From the NCBI GenBank assembly GCA_012295275.1, contig CM022670.1, positions 8,990,001 through 9,054,000 of the forward strand: 64,000 nt of DNA, given 5' to 3'. The notes under the pieces were generated by a model. It worked only from the letters and a program-made list of their open reading frames with translations. It made no database searches and was not told the origin of the DNA. Both the position numbers and the translations under genes were made by a program. The stretch comes from Chrysomallon squamiferum. Its lineage: Eukaryota > Animalia > Mollusca. Positions 37,788-51,218 of this stretch are shown here, piece after piece (position 1 is the first letter of the stretch; each line of letters begins with the position of its first letter).

Positions 37788-39218
37788 TCAACTGGCTTCC
37801 ATTAGTGTCTTCCGCTTTCGCCGTTTGATTTTCTCCCTCAGAGAAGGCGCCAGTTTTACTGACGTCGGTCGATCGTAAATTTCTTCAATTTTTTCTGGAC
37901 TAGTCTTTAACGTGTAAACTATTTCCAGCTGTAACAGCTGGTTGGAAAGTCCGTTCGTTTCAGTTTCCAGTTTCTCCACACTGTCTGAGAATTTGTCCAG
38001 ATCCGTCTTCAAAGCACTGTACGATTTCTCGTTAGTTCCCACCTTTTCCTCCAGCAGCACCTTCTCCTGCGACTTGACGACTATTTCTTCTTGGATGTTT
38101 GTCAAGTCGCGTTCGATTGTCAAGAGAACTTGTTCCAAATTTTTCACCTGTCTGAGAAGCCTTGACCGCTTCATCTGCAGGTTGTAATTCCTTTTGGTCT
38201 GCGAGAGAGTGATCTTAAGAAAGTCCACCATGTTTTCCATTTGCTGTTTCTCCTCGTACTTACACTTCTTTTCGTTTCCCTTCCCGCTCATTTCGTCTTC
38301 TAAAGCGTTCAAGTCTGTTTCGATCTTCTGCAGTTTTTCCTTGTTGTTGGCCAAAAGGATGGACGCTGCCCGGACAGTTTTTTCAAACTTTTTGTGTTTC
38401 TCTTTTTTGGTTCTGAGATCTTCTTCGGCTCGTCTGGTGATGCTGCGGGTTTCCCTGATGTAGTTGTTTATCTCGTGCACGTATTTCTCGTCCCGCGCCA
38501 GCCACTGTCTGGCAATGCCGCACATTCGTCTGATTTTGTCCGTAACGTCCGCGATAAACTTGAGAAGCGGAAAAGCCTTAATATCACAACACACCAAAAG
38601 TCTTTTCGAAAACGGCGTGGTGTCAAACAGGTCTTGATGGAGCCCGCCGTTGTAGCTTTTTATCAGAAGATGCGTGTTCGTGAGCAAAGACTCCGCTTCG
38701 TTCAGGTATCCCGATATCTCCTCCGTGTACTTCACGCTGACTTCCAGCTGAATACCCGTCTCTGTGTAACTCGTGCAGTTCAGTTTAAACCTGTTCAACA
38801 CGTTCTTTTGAAACTTGAAGACTAGGTTCAGACAGCTTTCCGTTGCCGTTTTAATGCTGTCCCAGAATTCCGTGAGCACATCCACACATTCTTGGTCCAC
38901 GTGAAGGTCTCTGATTGTGTTGAGCAAAGCCACCAGGCGAACTTCGCCATCGATGACTTCGAGTTTCTTGTCGTTCTTACGCAGTTCGCTGTTTGCCTGT
39001 AGAAACCGTGCGTCGCATCTCTTGAGAAACTCGACAAACTTGTCCTCGTCAACCTCGTCGCTGTGGTAGTAGGTGAGTTGTATCTGAACAAGGTCGTCTT
39101 CCACTTCTTTTATTTTGTTCCTGAGATAGTCCAAACCTTCGAAGTACACCTTCTGTAGTCCGTTCTGAGGTCCTCTGTCTGTGTCACTGTTTGAGTGACT
39201 CACCGCAACCGACTCCTG
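37788..39218 (-). CDS. Large terminal exon (476 aa) of an uncharacterised protein with a helical N-terminal region, long coiled coil and basic C-terminus
   Basis: 1431-nt open frame, GC-rich relative to flanks. Acceptor ctctttcag|CAG (phase 0, NAGNAG). E/K/L/Q-rich heptad pattern over roughly the last 220 aa, ending LREKIKRRKRKTLMEAS*. No family recognised. Confidence 0.9.
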   Translation of the reverse strand, partial: QESVAVSHSNSDTDRGPQNGLQKVYFEGLDYLRNKIKEVEDDLVQIQLTYYHSDEVDEDKFVEFLKRCDARFLQANSELRKNDKKLEVIDGEVRLVALLNTIRDLHVDQECVDVLTEFWDSIKTATESCLNLVFKFQKNVLNRFKLNCTSYTETGIQLEVSVKYTEEISGYLNEAESLLTNTHLLIKSYNGGLHQDLFDTTPFSKRLLVCCDIKAFPLLKFIADVTDKIRRMCGIARQWLARDEKYVHEINNYIRETRSITRRAEEDLRTKKEKHKKFEKTVRAASILLANNKEKLQKIETDLNALEDEMSGKGNEKKCKYEEKQQMENMVDFLKITLSQTKRNYNLQMKRSRLLRQVKNLEQVLLTIERDLTNIQEEIVVKSQEKVLLEEKVGTNEKSYSALKTDLDKFSDSVEKLETETNGLSNQLLQLEIVYTLKTSPEKIEEIYDRPTSVKLAPSLREKIKRRKRKTLMEAS

Positions 39219-39420
39219 CTGAAAGAGACAGATATCACGTACAAGAGTTTCAATACCAACATAAACACACACAGACTCCTGCTGAAATATAAATATATAT
39301 ACATACGTAAAAATAATTTTCAATACCAATATAAATATACACAGATAAAATTACATATATATAATTAGATAATATATAATTACATACATGTAGTAATTAG
39401 ATAATTATATACGTGTACCT

Positions 39421-39740
39421 AATTAGATATATAAATATATAGTAAGATATAATTACATATATGTACGTAATTAGATATATAAATATATAGTTAGACATAA
39501 TTACATATATGTACGTAATTAGATATATAAATATATAGTTAGACATAATTACATATATAGTAATTAGATATACAAATATATAGTTAGACATAATTACATA
39601 TATGTACGTAATTAGATATATAAATATATAGTAAGACATAATTACATACATGTAGTAATTAGATATATAAATATATAGTAAGACATAATTACATACATGA
39701 AGTAATTATCTATATAAATATATAGTAAAATATAATTACA
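39421..39740. repeat. 48-bp AT-rich minisatellite, about 7 copies
   Basis: Unit AATTAGATATATAAATATATAGTTAGACATAATTACATATATGTACGT, starting at 39421, 39469, 39517, 39562, 39610, 39657 and 39704. Confidence 0.92.
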
Positions 39741-40582
39741 CAGACGCACATTAAACTGTAATGGTACGTAATTAGATATATAAACAGTCAGACATAACTG
39801 CATACATGTACATAAAACTATTTACGTACATAATTTGATATAACAATAGAGATATAGAAGATATATAATTATATTCAAGCACATAAAATAATAATGGATT
39901 CATTTGACTTCTAGGTATTAAACACCACGTTATGTTATTTCTTGCATGGCTTACCTCATGTCAACTGATATCATACACACATACATACTAATATATGCAT
40001 ATACAAACACACATGCAGTAACACATACATATGCACATACAAACACACATGCAGTAACACACGTACACAAACACACACCAACATCCACACGTTTTTCTAT
40101 TTCGATAATCGTTTAATAATTTTAATATGAAAAATTATTTGTTGTACGATGTTTTGGTTGTCTTTATTTTGTTTTCTATTATTATAGTGTTTTTATTTTT
40201 TATTATTATTGTTTTTTGTTTGTTTGTTTAATCCCTACAAATGTGAATATCAATCCATCGGAAAAAATTATCTGACATAAGCACTGTCAAGGTTAAGAAT
40301 GAAGTCATTACGTGTATGACAAATATTTTCAATAAACAGAAATAATGCTTAAACGTTTGAATCGGTTTGTTAAGTATTCAGCATTGTTTGAAAACGTTCA
40401 CATAGTTCAAACTATAATTATATTCTCTTTTGGTATCGATCAAATTTCTCGGTACATTTAAGAAATACAAACATACTTACATTTATATGAAAATAACATT
40501 TAAATGACTGATCGTATAGTAATAAAAATAACTTTGAAAGTTGCTTTTTTATTATTTTTACTTTTTTTTTAATTTGTTTTTA

Positions 40583-40621
<39 letters not shown>

Positions 40622-40789
40622 CGACAGAGTAAACGTATTCAAATACACTGTCAGTGATTTGTTTTAAAAATTACATTTTTGTTGTTGCTGTTGTTCTTAA
40701 ATACAACACAGAAAATAGTTTATATAAAAAATAAAAATAAAGAATTACACTACTGCTTTTCTACAACTATCCTTACTAATCTTATAACT

Positions 40790-40824
40790 ACAACTACTAA
40801 TAACAACAGTAATAATAATAACAC

Positions 40825-40865
<41 letters not shown>

Positions 40866-40953
40866 GTAATAATAATATTTTTATAGTAGTAGTAGTAGTA
40901 GCAGCAGCAGCAGTAGTAGTAGTAGTAGTAGCAGCAGCAACAGCAGCAGCAGC

Positions 40954-40996
<43 letters not shown>
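40790..40996. repeat. Compound (AAT)n/(AGT)n/(AGC)n microsatellite
   Basis: Read directly. Confidence 0.92.
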
Positions 40997-41042
40997 ATGA
41001 TAGTAGTAATATCCCTATTATTATTATTATTATTCCTGTTAC

Positions 41043-41066
41043 CTTTTTCTTGCGTCGCCGCGCCAT
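41043..41066 (-). CDS. Candidate proximal first coding exon (MARRRKKK) of the coiled-coil gene
   Basis: AAA-ATG-G Kozak context, donor AAG|gtaaca, phase 0 matching the acceptor at 39218. Confidence 0.55.
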
Positions 41067-41469
41067 TTTTCTCAGTATAACTCCATGTTAGGAAAAGAAC
41101 GATGCCTGGTCTCACACACTGGGAAAGTGACCGAGTCGATACTTTTTCAAATACATAAATTTACTGCGCCAAGTCTTATCAGTTTTCAGTATCTGGAACT
41201 TGTCAAGAAGTTCCATTGTTTATACTCGGTTTTCGTTCGTGCAAATCTCGATTTCGAGCTCAATAAAACAAACAAATTCTGCCTCGAAAAGGACTGTTAA
41301 TGTTATTTATGTCATTCAGGCATTTTCTTGACGCATTCCGACAGGAAAGCCGTTTATTTATTAGGTGTGAATGAGAAACACTGAAAAGCATGTATCGGCC
41401 ATCTAAGAACTTTATTTTATTTTGTTCCCCGTGGGGAGTAAAGCGTTCATGTTACCGAAATAGATCGCT

Positions 41470-41483
41470 GTTGTCATGGCAAC
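41470..41483. promoter_or_regulatory. RFX X-box GTTGTCATGGCAAC
   Basis: One mismatch from the palindromic consensus GTTGCCATGGCAAC, about 400 nt upstream of the MARRRKKK exon. Confidence 0.55.
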
Positions 41484-41853
41484 AGAAATACAAACAATTG
41501 TTGAAGTTTATTAGTCCATACTTAAGTGGTTTTAATTATGTCAAGGATAATCTCGAGCTAAGGAAAAAATAAAGTCATTATGTTACTGGCTTCGACAGCG
41601 ACAAAGCAAAATAAACGAATATGATTACTGTGTTTGTTCATTTGTAAAAATTATATTACCAGCGTCAATAGAAGAAAATTTCTCAGATCAATGCAGTGTC
41701 TTCATGGTTTCTTTGGTTGAATAATAATCACAGATTCACAAGATCAGTTTACTTTTTGTATGTGTTTGTTTGTTTAGAAAGATAAAAAACTACAAAGCAA
41801 ACAAATTAACAAAAGGTAACAAAGAGAAAAGAAATCTTGTGTTTAGCCAGCCT

Positions 41854-42030
<177 letters not shown>

Positions 42031-42236
42031 ATTACTTATCTAATCTCATTAAAATATCAGTCGTATTCAGTCTTTATTGTGCTGTTCTAATCATTATTAC
42101 ATGCACGCTGTTTCTAAGCGTTTTGTTATTGTTACTTAATCGTTAAATATCTTAAGAATTAATAACACAGAAGTATGTTCACCTTACTGTCAAAATACAT
42201 ACTAATGGCCTAAACACACGCACACACACCACACAC

Positions 42237-42287
<51 letters not shown>

Positions 42288-44112
42288 ACACAGAGAGAAA
42301 TAGTTCCAAATTATTGTTTTGTTAAACAGGCGACCAGTCTTTGGTGATAATAAAGTATAAAAATATAATAATACGAAAACGAGGATGCAAGAAGACTGAT
42401 ATTTACCATTTTATGACTTACCATTTTATACTTAGATCACATAAGGATTTCACTTTATATTTTAAAACTACAAAGTCCAACTAAAAAGAAAAACATGTGT
42501 CATAAATTTATATTCTGTCGCCATAAATGATCATAAATTATTTTGTCTTATCACATTTCATCTAAGTAAATGTCACTGCTAACTGGACCAGTTTAAATAA
42601 TGTATATTAAAAATGCAAATCCCAGTTTTATCGAAACAGTCAAATCTCTTAGATTAGGATAAGATCAGACCGTAACAGTTTCTCAATAATGATGTAAACA
42701 AAAAGTAGCTTACGTACGTCAAACGTTATTAAATAGTTATGTGATATACGAACATAAAGACGCGTCACACGAAACAAATTTTATGAACGATTGCCTTATG
42801 TTATATGTCTTGTGTACTATAAGAATTATGATATTAAAAACGACGCCTTCCTGGTTCGTTAAGAAAAATTCGTCTTTGTTACTGTTTTGTTTTGTATTTG
42901 TATTTCTATTCGTTTTAGTTTTCTGTTTGTTTGTTTTATTGTTATATATATGTAATTTGTTTGTTTATTTATGTAACAATTATATTTTTTTACTTATTAA
43001 ATACTAACTGGCTCTTTCACACCTCAAAATACGATTTCGTAAATTTCAAAGAACTTTGATCTGCAGTGTATTACATGGAGATTCAGCTGGCTTTACAGAG
43101 TCAACTGAAAAAAGTATTAGCATTTTTTATTCAGTTTCTGTAACTAACAAAAAGGTTCTACGAAAGATATTTTCTTTTTCGGGGGTGGGGGGAATAGGGG
43201 CTGTATTACATGCAAGTATAGTTAATACTTTAGTAATAACAGTAATTAACTCAGATGTTATTTGAAAGTTTCACAAAGATGATCCCTATATACGTTAAAG
43301 AAATAAGCAAACAAACAAACAAACAACATTAAACAATAAAAACATTATTTACTCATGACATTAGCGCAACATAGTTTTTAAAGCGCATGCGTAAGCGGAA
43401 ATAGATTGTCGCAGTAAATACAGAGAAGCTTAAGTAGTAATAGGGTTAAGACAAAACAGACAAATATAAGATTCATATTATTTTTTAAACTAAGAGCACA
43501 AAGAGAACACTGGATTCGGTTACAGTAACGAATATTAGACACATGTCAAACTTTAATTTCTTTATTGCATAAAAACATACGACTGAGCTGTAATAAAATA
43601 GACTGGTTTTAGTAATGCTGTCTTCAATTCAATTCACGTAACACACACATACATTTCTTATTACAAAAAAAAATAGGAATATATTCAATGATTTGTTTTT
43701 ATTATTATTTATTTATTTGGTATTTATTTATTTATTTATTTATTTATTTATTTTATTTTATTTTTTTTTTTTTTTTTTTTTTCAACAAAGGACTTAACAC
43801 ACAATTTTCCGGCTATAAATCATCTAAAAATGTTTTACGATGTATACAAATTAAACTGCTTAAATCAAGAGATAGAGCTTTTTGTAAGTTGTATTAAATT
43901 TCAGTTATTTGAATCACTTAATTTGCTACTGACAAAGAGGGCGTTTTAATTTTAAAAACACAACAGGACGGTATTTTTAGTATCAAGGAATTCTTTCTTT
44001 TCCTTCTCTTTTTTCTGATATCGTTTAGTGTGTACAACAAAGTCAATTTTAATGTGGTATTAACCGCCATAGATAAACGGAAAGGGATTTCAAATGTATA
44101 TATGTATGTATG

Positions 44113-44143
<31 letters not shown>

Positions 44144-45127
44144 ATATAAATGTATGGTTTTTTTTTTTTTTTTTTTTTAAATTACCTAAATCTGGCTATA
44201 ATAGGAAATATATATCTATTCAAAGGTTTTAAATTATATTTCATGTTGATGTCATTTTCTTAATTGTCAACCATACATACATACACACATGCATACACAC
44301 ACATACATACATACATACATACAAAATACATACACACACACATACGCACAAACATATATACACACATATATACGTACATAAACAGTTCTGATACAGTTTC
44401 TTAGAAGACATATATATATTTGCAGTTTAAGACGTAAAATGATAGCCAGCGAGACAGACAGACAGACAAAGAGAGAGGTATGTATACAAGTATCCAGACA
44501 GCGTTATTGTTTCAAACATATAACAATCATCCACAGAGTTTAAATAAGAGTAAAACTCTAGGTTACTGCGCTGTACTGTTAGTTCACGTAACTAGCCTCA
44601 TACATTTGGTATTGTGTAAAGCGACTCCGGTGAAAGGAACAACCTTCACGTAAGGTGGCATTATTCTCTCTCTTTTAACTCTGACGTAAGCTGAACGTCT
44701 GTTCACTTTCCGCACTCATGCCTTCTACACACTTTTCCACCTGGCCAGCCACACACCGGCGGTTAGTTCAAACAGTAAACTTGTTTGTCCCTCAAGCTTG
44801 GGACATTGTCGCGAGGCACAGACCTGGCTGTGTAATTGCGTTCTACAAGATATTAACACGAAACTCCACTATTAAGATCGAGAGCTTTGTTTACATCGAG
44901 ACGTTAATTTGACGTTCGTGTTTTCGGTGCGCTTTGTAGCCGTCGTGCTGAAACTCCCTAGTGTACTGAGTATTACGTGGTGACTTATGTAAGCGTTTTA
45001 CTGTTCGATACTTGTAACAGCTCGTTAGAGAAAACTCTTGTGAGTTTTACTACGTAATGTACTTAGCAAATAATAGCATTATACAAGTATTCTGAAAGTA
45101 GTAATAAATAAATAAATGTAAGTCAGT

Positions 45128-45198
<71 letters not shown>

Positions 45199-45597
45199 TC
45201 CCTCCACCTATATTTCTGAATATAGATAAGTAGGTGTGTGATTGTTAGTGTACGCGTGCCTTTGTGCGAGAAAAGCTTCTTTGTTTTCCGAATACTGGAA
45301 GCGTTCTGTATTACGTTAACCTACTTCCCAAGTATTTGACGTGATCGAACTAAGAATTATATTTTTCGCGTCACATTTTTAAAACTATTTAATTACCTTT
45401 TCAGTCACGCAGACACTATTAATGATAATGACAGGACCTGGTCTCTATACGTTCGTCTGATGACCTGACATGTTTGGATCAACCTATTAAAGTCTTGAAA
45501 TACATTCATTGTTTAACTGTGAATTAAAACTGTTCTGGTCGCACACCAACTGTGGTTTGACGTAAGCCTTGAGCGACAAACTGTTTAAGAAACTTGA

Positions 45598-45873
45598 CTT
45601 GTATAATCTTGAAACTTAAACCACAATTTGCATACACAGCATAATCTTGAAACATACAGAGATATTGCAGAGACACGCTATTTAAACAATTTTACTTGTA
45701 TAATCCTGAAACTTAGTTCACAACTTGCATACTTAGTAAAATCTTGAAACATACAGAGACCCTCCACAGGCGCACTAGTTACTAAAAAAAATTCTTGTAT
45801 AATCTTGAACATAAACCACAACCTGCAAACACTGTATAATCTTGAAGCATAAACGGCGACTTACATAATCTCG
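45598..45873. repeat. Degenerate about 98-bp tandem repeat (about 2.8 copies) with two ATAATCTTGAAAC motifs per unit
   Basis: Units start CTTGTATAATC at 45598, 45695 and 45794. Confidence 0.85.
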
Positions 45874-45955
45874 ATTCATTAATGGCTTGGCTTTTTGTTT
45901 AGCTTGGGATCAAGTAGATATAACAAATATGTTAAATCATATTTGAACAGGGGAC

Positions 45956-45986
<31 letters not shown>

Positions 45987-46429
45987 CGCTGAACGAAAAT
46001 TACAGATCGCATACAGAATGTAAATGTGCCTGGCGACTTGTAAAAGGGAGTGAGTTTATAATTTGGCAACGTACCAAGTTGAAAAATATACACATATTAA
46101 CAAACGCTACATAGGTATATATAATATATAACAATATATATATTTTTAAAATAATCAAAAAAATAAGACTGTGTTATGAAGATATCCTCAAAACCTGCAG
46201 CTCAAGATTAAAATAAGTTTTTTTTTCACAGTAAAGAATATTTTCTTATTTATATGTTGCATGTAACTGATCAAGAATATTTCGGTGAGTTTATTTAATT
46301 CATTGTAATGCATATGAATACATATGAAATGATCTTGTTAAAGCCATTAACAATTAATTAAAGCTTTTTTTTTTTTTTTTGCTTTGTTTTTTCTTATGGC
46401 TACATATGATTTTAAAGAAAAAAAAATAA

Positions 46430-46570
46430 TACCAGCAAAGGATCTTTTATATTTAGCTTCCCATAAACAGGGAAATACATAGAATGACCTTTCCAGGGGA
46501 GGGGGCCACTTGTTGGAACGGGAAATGACCCTGAATGGACATCGTGGCAAGGGATCGCACAGACCAAGCT
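46430..46570 (-). mobile_element. Decayed SINE-like fragment (Meta/MESC-type core)
   Basis: CAGCAAAGGATCTTTTATATTTAGCTTCCCATAAACAGGGAAATACAT is similar to the 12.3-kb copy. The adjacent part resembles the arms at 63.5-63.9 kb. Confidence 0.55.
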
Positions 46571-46746
46571 GAATTGTCAAGTTAAACAATAACAGCGTGT
46601 TATTTTGATAAGTGGGGAGACTAACTCAGATCACCATCGTCTTCGGCACCCAGCCAAACTGACGTGCCAGTCGTAGATAGGGTTAACGTCAACGACTCTG
46701 TGGTAGGCTAAAGATATTATCAAGTTAAAAAAACGTATATTTTTTT

Positions 46747-46788
<42 letters not shown>

Positions 46789-46863
46789 TTTAAATTTTAT
46801 TTTTTTTTATTAAATTATGATTATTATTTTATTTTTTTTTTTTTTTTTTTTTTTTTATTATTA

Positions 46864-46895
<32 letters not shown>

Positions 46896-47156
46896 TTTTT
46901 TTATTATTTTTTTTTTTTTATTATTATTTTAAATTATTTGTTTATATTAATTCTGCAAATTATGATCAGGCTTTCATTGGAAAAACGTCGATAATATTTG
47001 CTTGAATGGTTTCGTTTCTTTGTAATAACAAAGCGCAAACCTTTGTTTTCCGTTTGTTATCTGCTGACACTGGGTAATCGGTTTATCTTTGCGTAAATAA
47101 ATGTGGCGCCGTCACGAAATGTTTACAACAAAGCTTCACTGTGATTTCCATTATGA

Positions 47157-47157
47157 C

Positions 47158-47189
<32 letters not shown>

Positions 47190-47190
47190 A

Positions 47191-47221
<31 letters not shown>

Positions 47222-47420
47222 AAACACACACATACATACACAAACAAACAAACAAACATACACATAGATATACACTCAGAATCACACATACATACACACA
47301 TAATCACATATACATATATATACATGCATTCATACATACATACATACATACATATATATATATATATGTATGTATGTATATGTATATACAGAATCACACA
47401 TACACACACATACAAACAGA
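47157..47420. repeat. (CA)n/(TACA)n low-complexity tract
   Basis: Read directly. Confidence 0.9.
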
Positions 47421-47761
47421 CATACTTATTAACGTATATACACATCAAACAGTAGTGTTATTATAACCCAAAGCTATCAAACTAACGTAAAAGTTAATGA
47501 AACGAAAGCTGTGTTTTATAAAATGAAATACTCTCTGTAGCGACAGTTCCTCATAAAGAGACACACGCTGTTTAAATACCCACCTCGATAATAATCGACA
47601 GCTTATCATCCATACTGACACAGCGCTCTGCGGAATATCGAACACACCAGAACACACAAACACGGGAATCTTCAAAGGTTCCAGATTTGTTTTGCTAATC
47701 AAGGAGAAATCCTCGATATTTTACAGGAATATCCGTCAATGATCTATCGATATCGATCCTC

Positions 47762-47793
<32 letters not shown>

Positions 47794-48628
47794 AGATCAA
47801 TACCAATATTCCACGATCAGCTTTTAAACGGAACGCACTCGTAGCTGACTACCAGTTCGATTCCATATCTTACCGTTTTATTTACCCTTTGCGTTCATAA
47901 TAGCTTGGGTCACCGGGTCGAGCGCGTATACAAAATAAAAAAAAACACAAAACAAAACGGCGAGGTAACCGACTGCAACAAAGGACGAGTTGCCTGGCCA
48001 CAGCAAAGTTTTTCTTCAGTGACGTCGGCGCATAAAGGTTTTACAGCGTGTGACGTTCAGTTGGTTCGTGTTGATAGATCCGGGTGAAAAAAAAAAAAAA
48101 AAAAAAAAAAAAAGACATTCATAAGGCGGTGCTCGAACATTCCGCAATCGTTAACGGCAAGCTCAGAAGATCGAACCGAGATAGATATGCGCCCTTGGTA
48201 TTTTCGCAGTGGCAAATCTGCTTTTCAGAACCAATGTACTCTCTGCTTCATCCGTTAAAAAAAACATTAACCGCAGTGGGCCGTATTTTTGCTACACAGA
48301 TCGAGCACCCATCAAAAGAAAGCAGTGAAGCCTTCTGTTACTGAATGCCCAAGAGAGAATGAACCAATCTCAGATGGATGCAGTTGCGAACGAAAATTCT
48401 GTTGTCATCTGTTTTTTTTTCTCTTGCCCTGCCTGTGAAGTAAGTGGGAACAAGTCCGGTTTCTAGGTTTTGTTTTTCTGTTCTGGAACCCAGTAAAGAT
48501 CTTAGCTGGATTGGAGCTGTAATGCTATTACCTTTTTTCATTAACTCTAACGTTGTAATTATAAACCATTGCAAATGTGGATGTGTTTATAAAACAGAAT
48601 CACATGCACGTAAACACTCCATAAATAG

Positions 48629-48890
<262 letters not shown>

Positions 48891-51185
48891 ATATACATAT
48901 ATATATTAGGGTTTTTCAAATTTTATTTTACATTTAAAAAATTTGTTTACAAAAGACACATATCCTTAGACAGGCAAACGCTAAAACAAAATATAATGAA
49001 TTTTAATCACTTTTTCCATTGCTCTTCAAATAACAAGATCACCAGTCATTATTATAAGCTATTTTAAGTTCATTAATTCGTTCTGGTGTGAAAGAGGAAC
49101 AAAAAAAAAACATTTTTTTTTTTTTGAACATAGAGTTTTTATAAATAGGAAATCTGGCTAGAGTTTTTATAAATAGGAAATCTGGCTCTTTTATGGTACT
49201 TTATTGTTACATAGCAACGATGTACACAAGAAAACCAGCATCTGCAATTTCCTGAGCGAAGCCTTCAATTCGTGACACATGCTCGTAACATAGCTAATTG
49301 CCTTCAACAGTGATGAGTAAATGCCAAACATGTTGTTCTCAATTCAAGTAATTAAATCTTTGGTTTTTTAAATTTACAGTATTTAGACAATTTACTCATA
49401 TACTGATAAGGAAGGAACAATAACACATTATATTATTTTGGTTTAAGGAACAGTTCCTCCACTGTTACAGCAATTCTTCACTGGAAAAAAAAAACAAGTC
49501 CATGTACCGATTCAGTGGAATACAATATAACCCATAGGCTGTATAATAGTATTTCATATTCGCATTCATTTTTCAAAAATCTTACGCTGGATTATTTTCT
49601 GTTTTATTGTAATCCCTAACACGTATCAGAAATCACGGTTGGTAGTTTTTATGATTTAGGAAAAGCTGAGGCATGAAATAAAACAGTGAACACGTAAACA
49701 AGAATCGATCCACGTGTACAGCAGTAACAGCTCGAATATGGAAAGGTTAAGCATTTTAAAACTGAATTTCACTTACAACAATCACTCTATCTTATCTCCC
49801 TCTAACGTACTAAAAGTGCCGTTTATGACATTAATCTCCTGTTCACTGTCACTGCTATCTGGGCGTAACACGTATTTTTCTTGTGTTGATATCGCTGCAT
49901 TTTTGTTTTCTAAACAGTTAATTGTACACCTTATGATAATTTCATTTTATTGTTATTATCTTTGCTGTTTGGATAAAGCGTACTTATTTTTCATTTGTTC
50001 ATATCACAGAGCATTGAATTTCTCATCTTTATTCTGCAACTGTATAGTTTATGCCAGTAAGCGTACATTTTCATTAGCGTTGCTATTTCCACGTAATATT
50101 TATAACCTATATTGTAGCGAAGAAGCATACTTTACGGTTTCAGAATGCTGAAATGGATCAGCCAGAAACACTCACAGAAACAAAGGTCAATAAATCATAA
50201 CTGTATTAAAAAAAAAAAAATTAATCAGATGACAGTTCACGTTTTATGAAGAACTCGAGATGGGTACTTCAACTGCATTGTACTTCAGATGTACCATGTT
50301 TACAGTGACAAACATTGTAAAATGATACTTCTGCAAAGAGTGTAGAGTTATTTATGATTAATAATCTCATCACTCACAAGTACAAGAAACACAGCTATAT
50401 TGATATGTGGGCTAATGGATTTGCTTTAACGACTGACCGAGTAACATTATTTACACACTCAAATACATTACACTTCAGCGCAACACGACAAATAGCACAT
50501 AATTTTAACAGCCATGACTTTCATACTTTTTTTTTAATCCAAATGGGACAAAATAATAAAAAATGAAATCTTTTCTAGAAATCGATCACATGCTTAGAAC
50601 TTTAGAATGATTTAAGATTTTGCTTTGTGGAGTGTTAAGGGGAAAATGATGTGTTAATTAATGATTCAATTTTTATTTTATTTTTTTTTTATTTTTTTAT
50701 TTTTACTTATTTATGGCGAATGTAGTACGTTTCTTAAAAGTGCAGATGTTCAAGGACTTGTTCAAGTATTCGATATCTTTGGATCGTTAAAACTGTGTTC
50801 TTAAATATGCATTTTTGATGGAATACAACGTTTCTCCCTAATTCGTACCATTCATTAACGTCAGGCTACTCGAACCAGAATCCAATAACGTGTAACTCAA
50901 AATGTGATTAATAAGTGTACTACTCCATTAGTGAATTAGAAATGTCACTGAAAGACATTTAAAACGACTTATAAGATGTTGTTCAGAATGCCTGAAATGA
51001 AACGTAATTTAACAGAGAAGTAAATATGAAAGATGTTTAAACCAACGTGATAAAGATTAAACTAACGAAACCCTGCTGAAACGTTTAGAACAATGGAAGA
51101 AGTAGGAAAGAGCAAGAAAACACGAAGCATGTTCTGAAACCCCAAAAAAAAAAAAAAAAAAATACATACACACCCCACAAAAAAA

Positions 51186-51218
<33 letters not shown>

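Noticed and set aside
37942-39091. ORFs 37942..38187, 38194..38463, 38394..38825 and 38828..39091
   Set aside because: They are antisense or off-frame shadows of the coiled-coil exon.
45598-45873. CRISPR-like array (short repeat with spacers)
   Set aside because: The repeat is only about 13 nt, the spacers are themselves repeated in alternation, no cas genes are present and the context is eukaryotic.
49714-50151. 145-aa plus-strand ORF
   Set aside because: GTG start, AT-rich intron-like composition, no motif, and antisense within the presumed intron.
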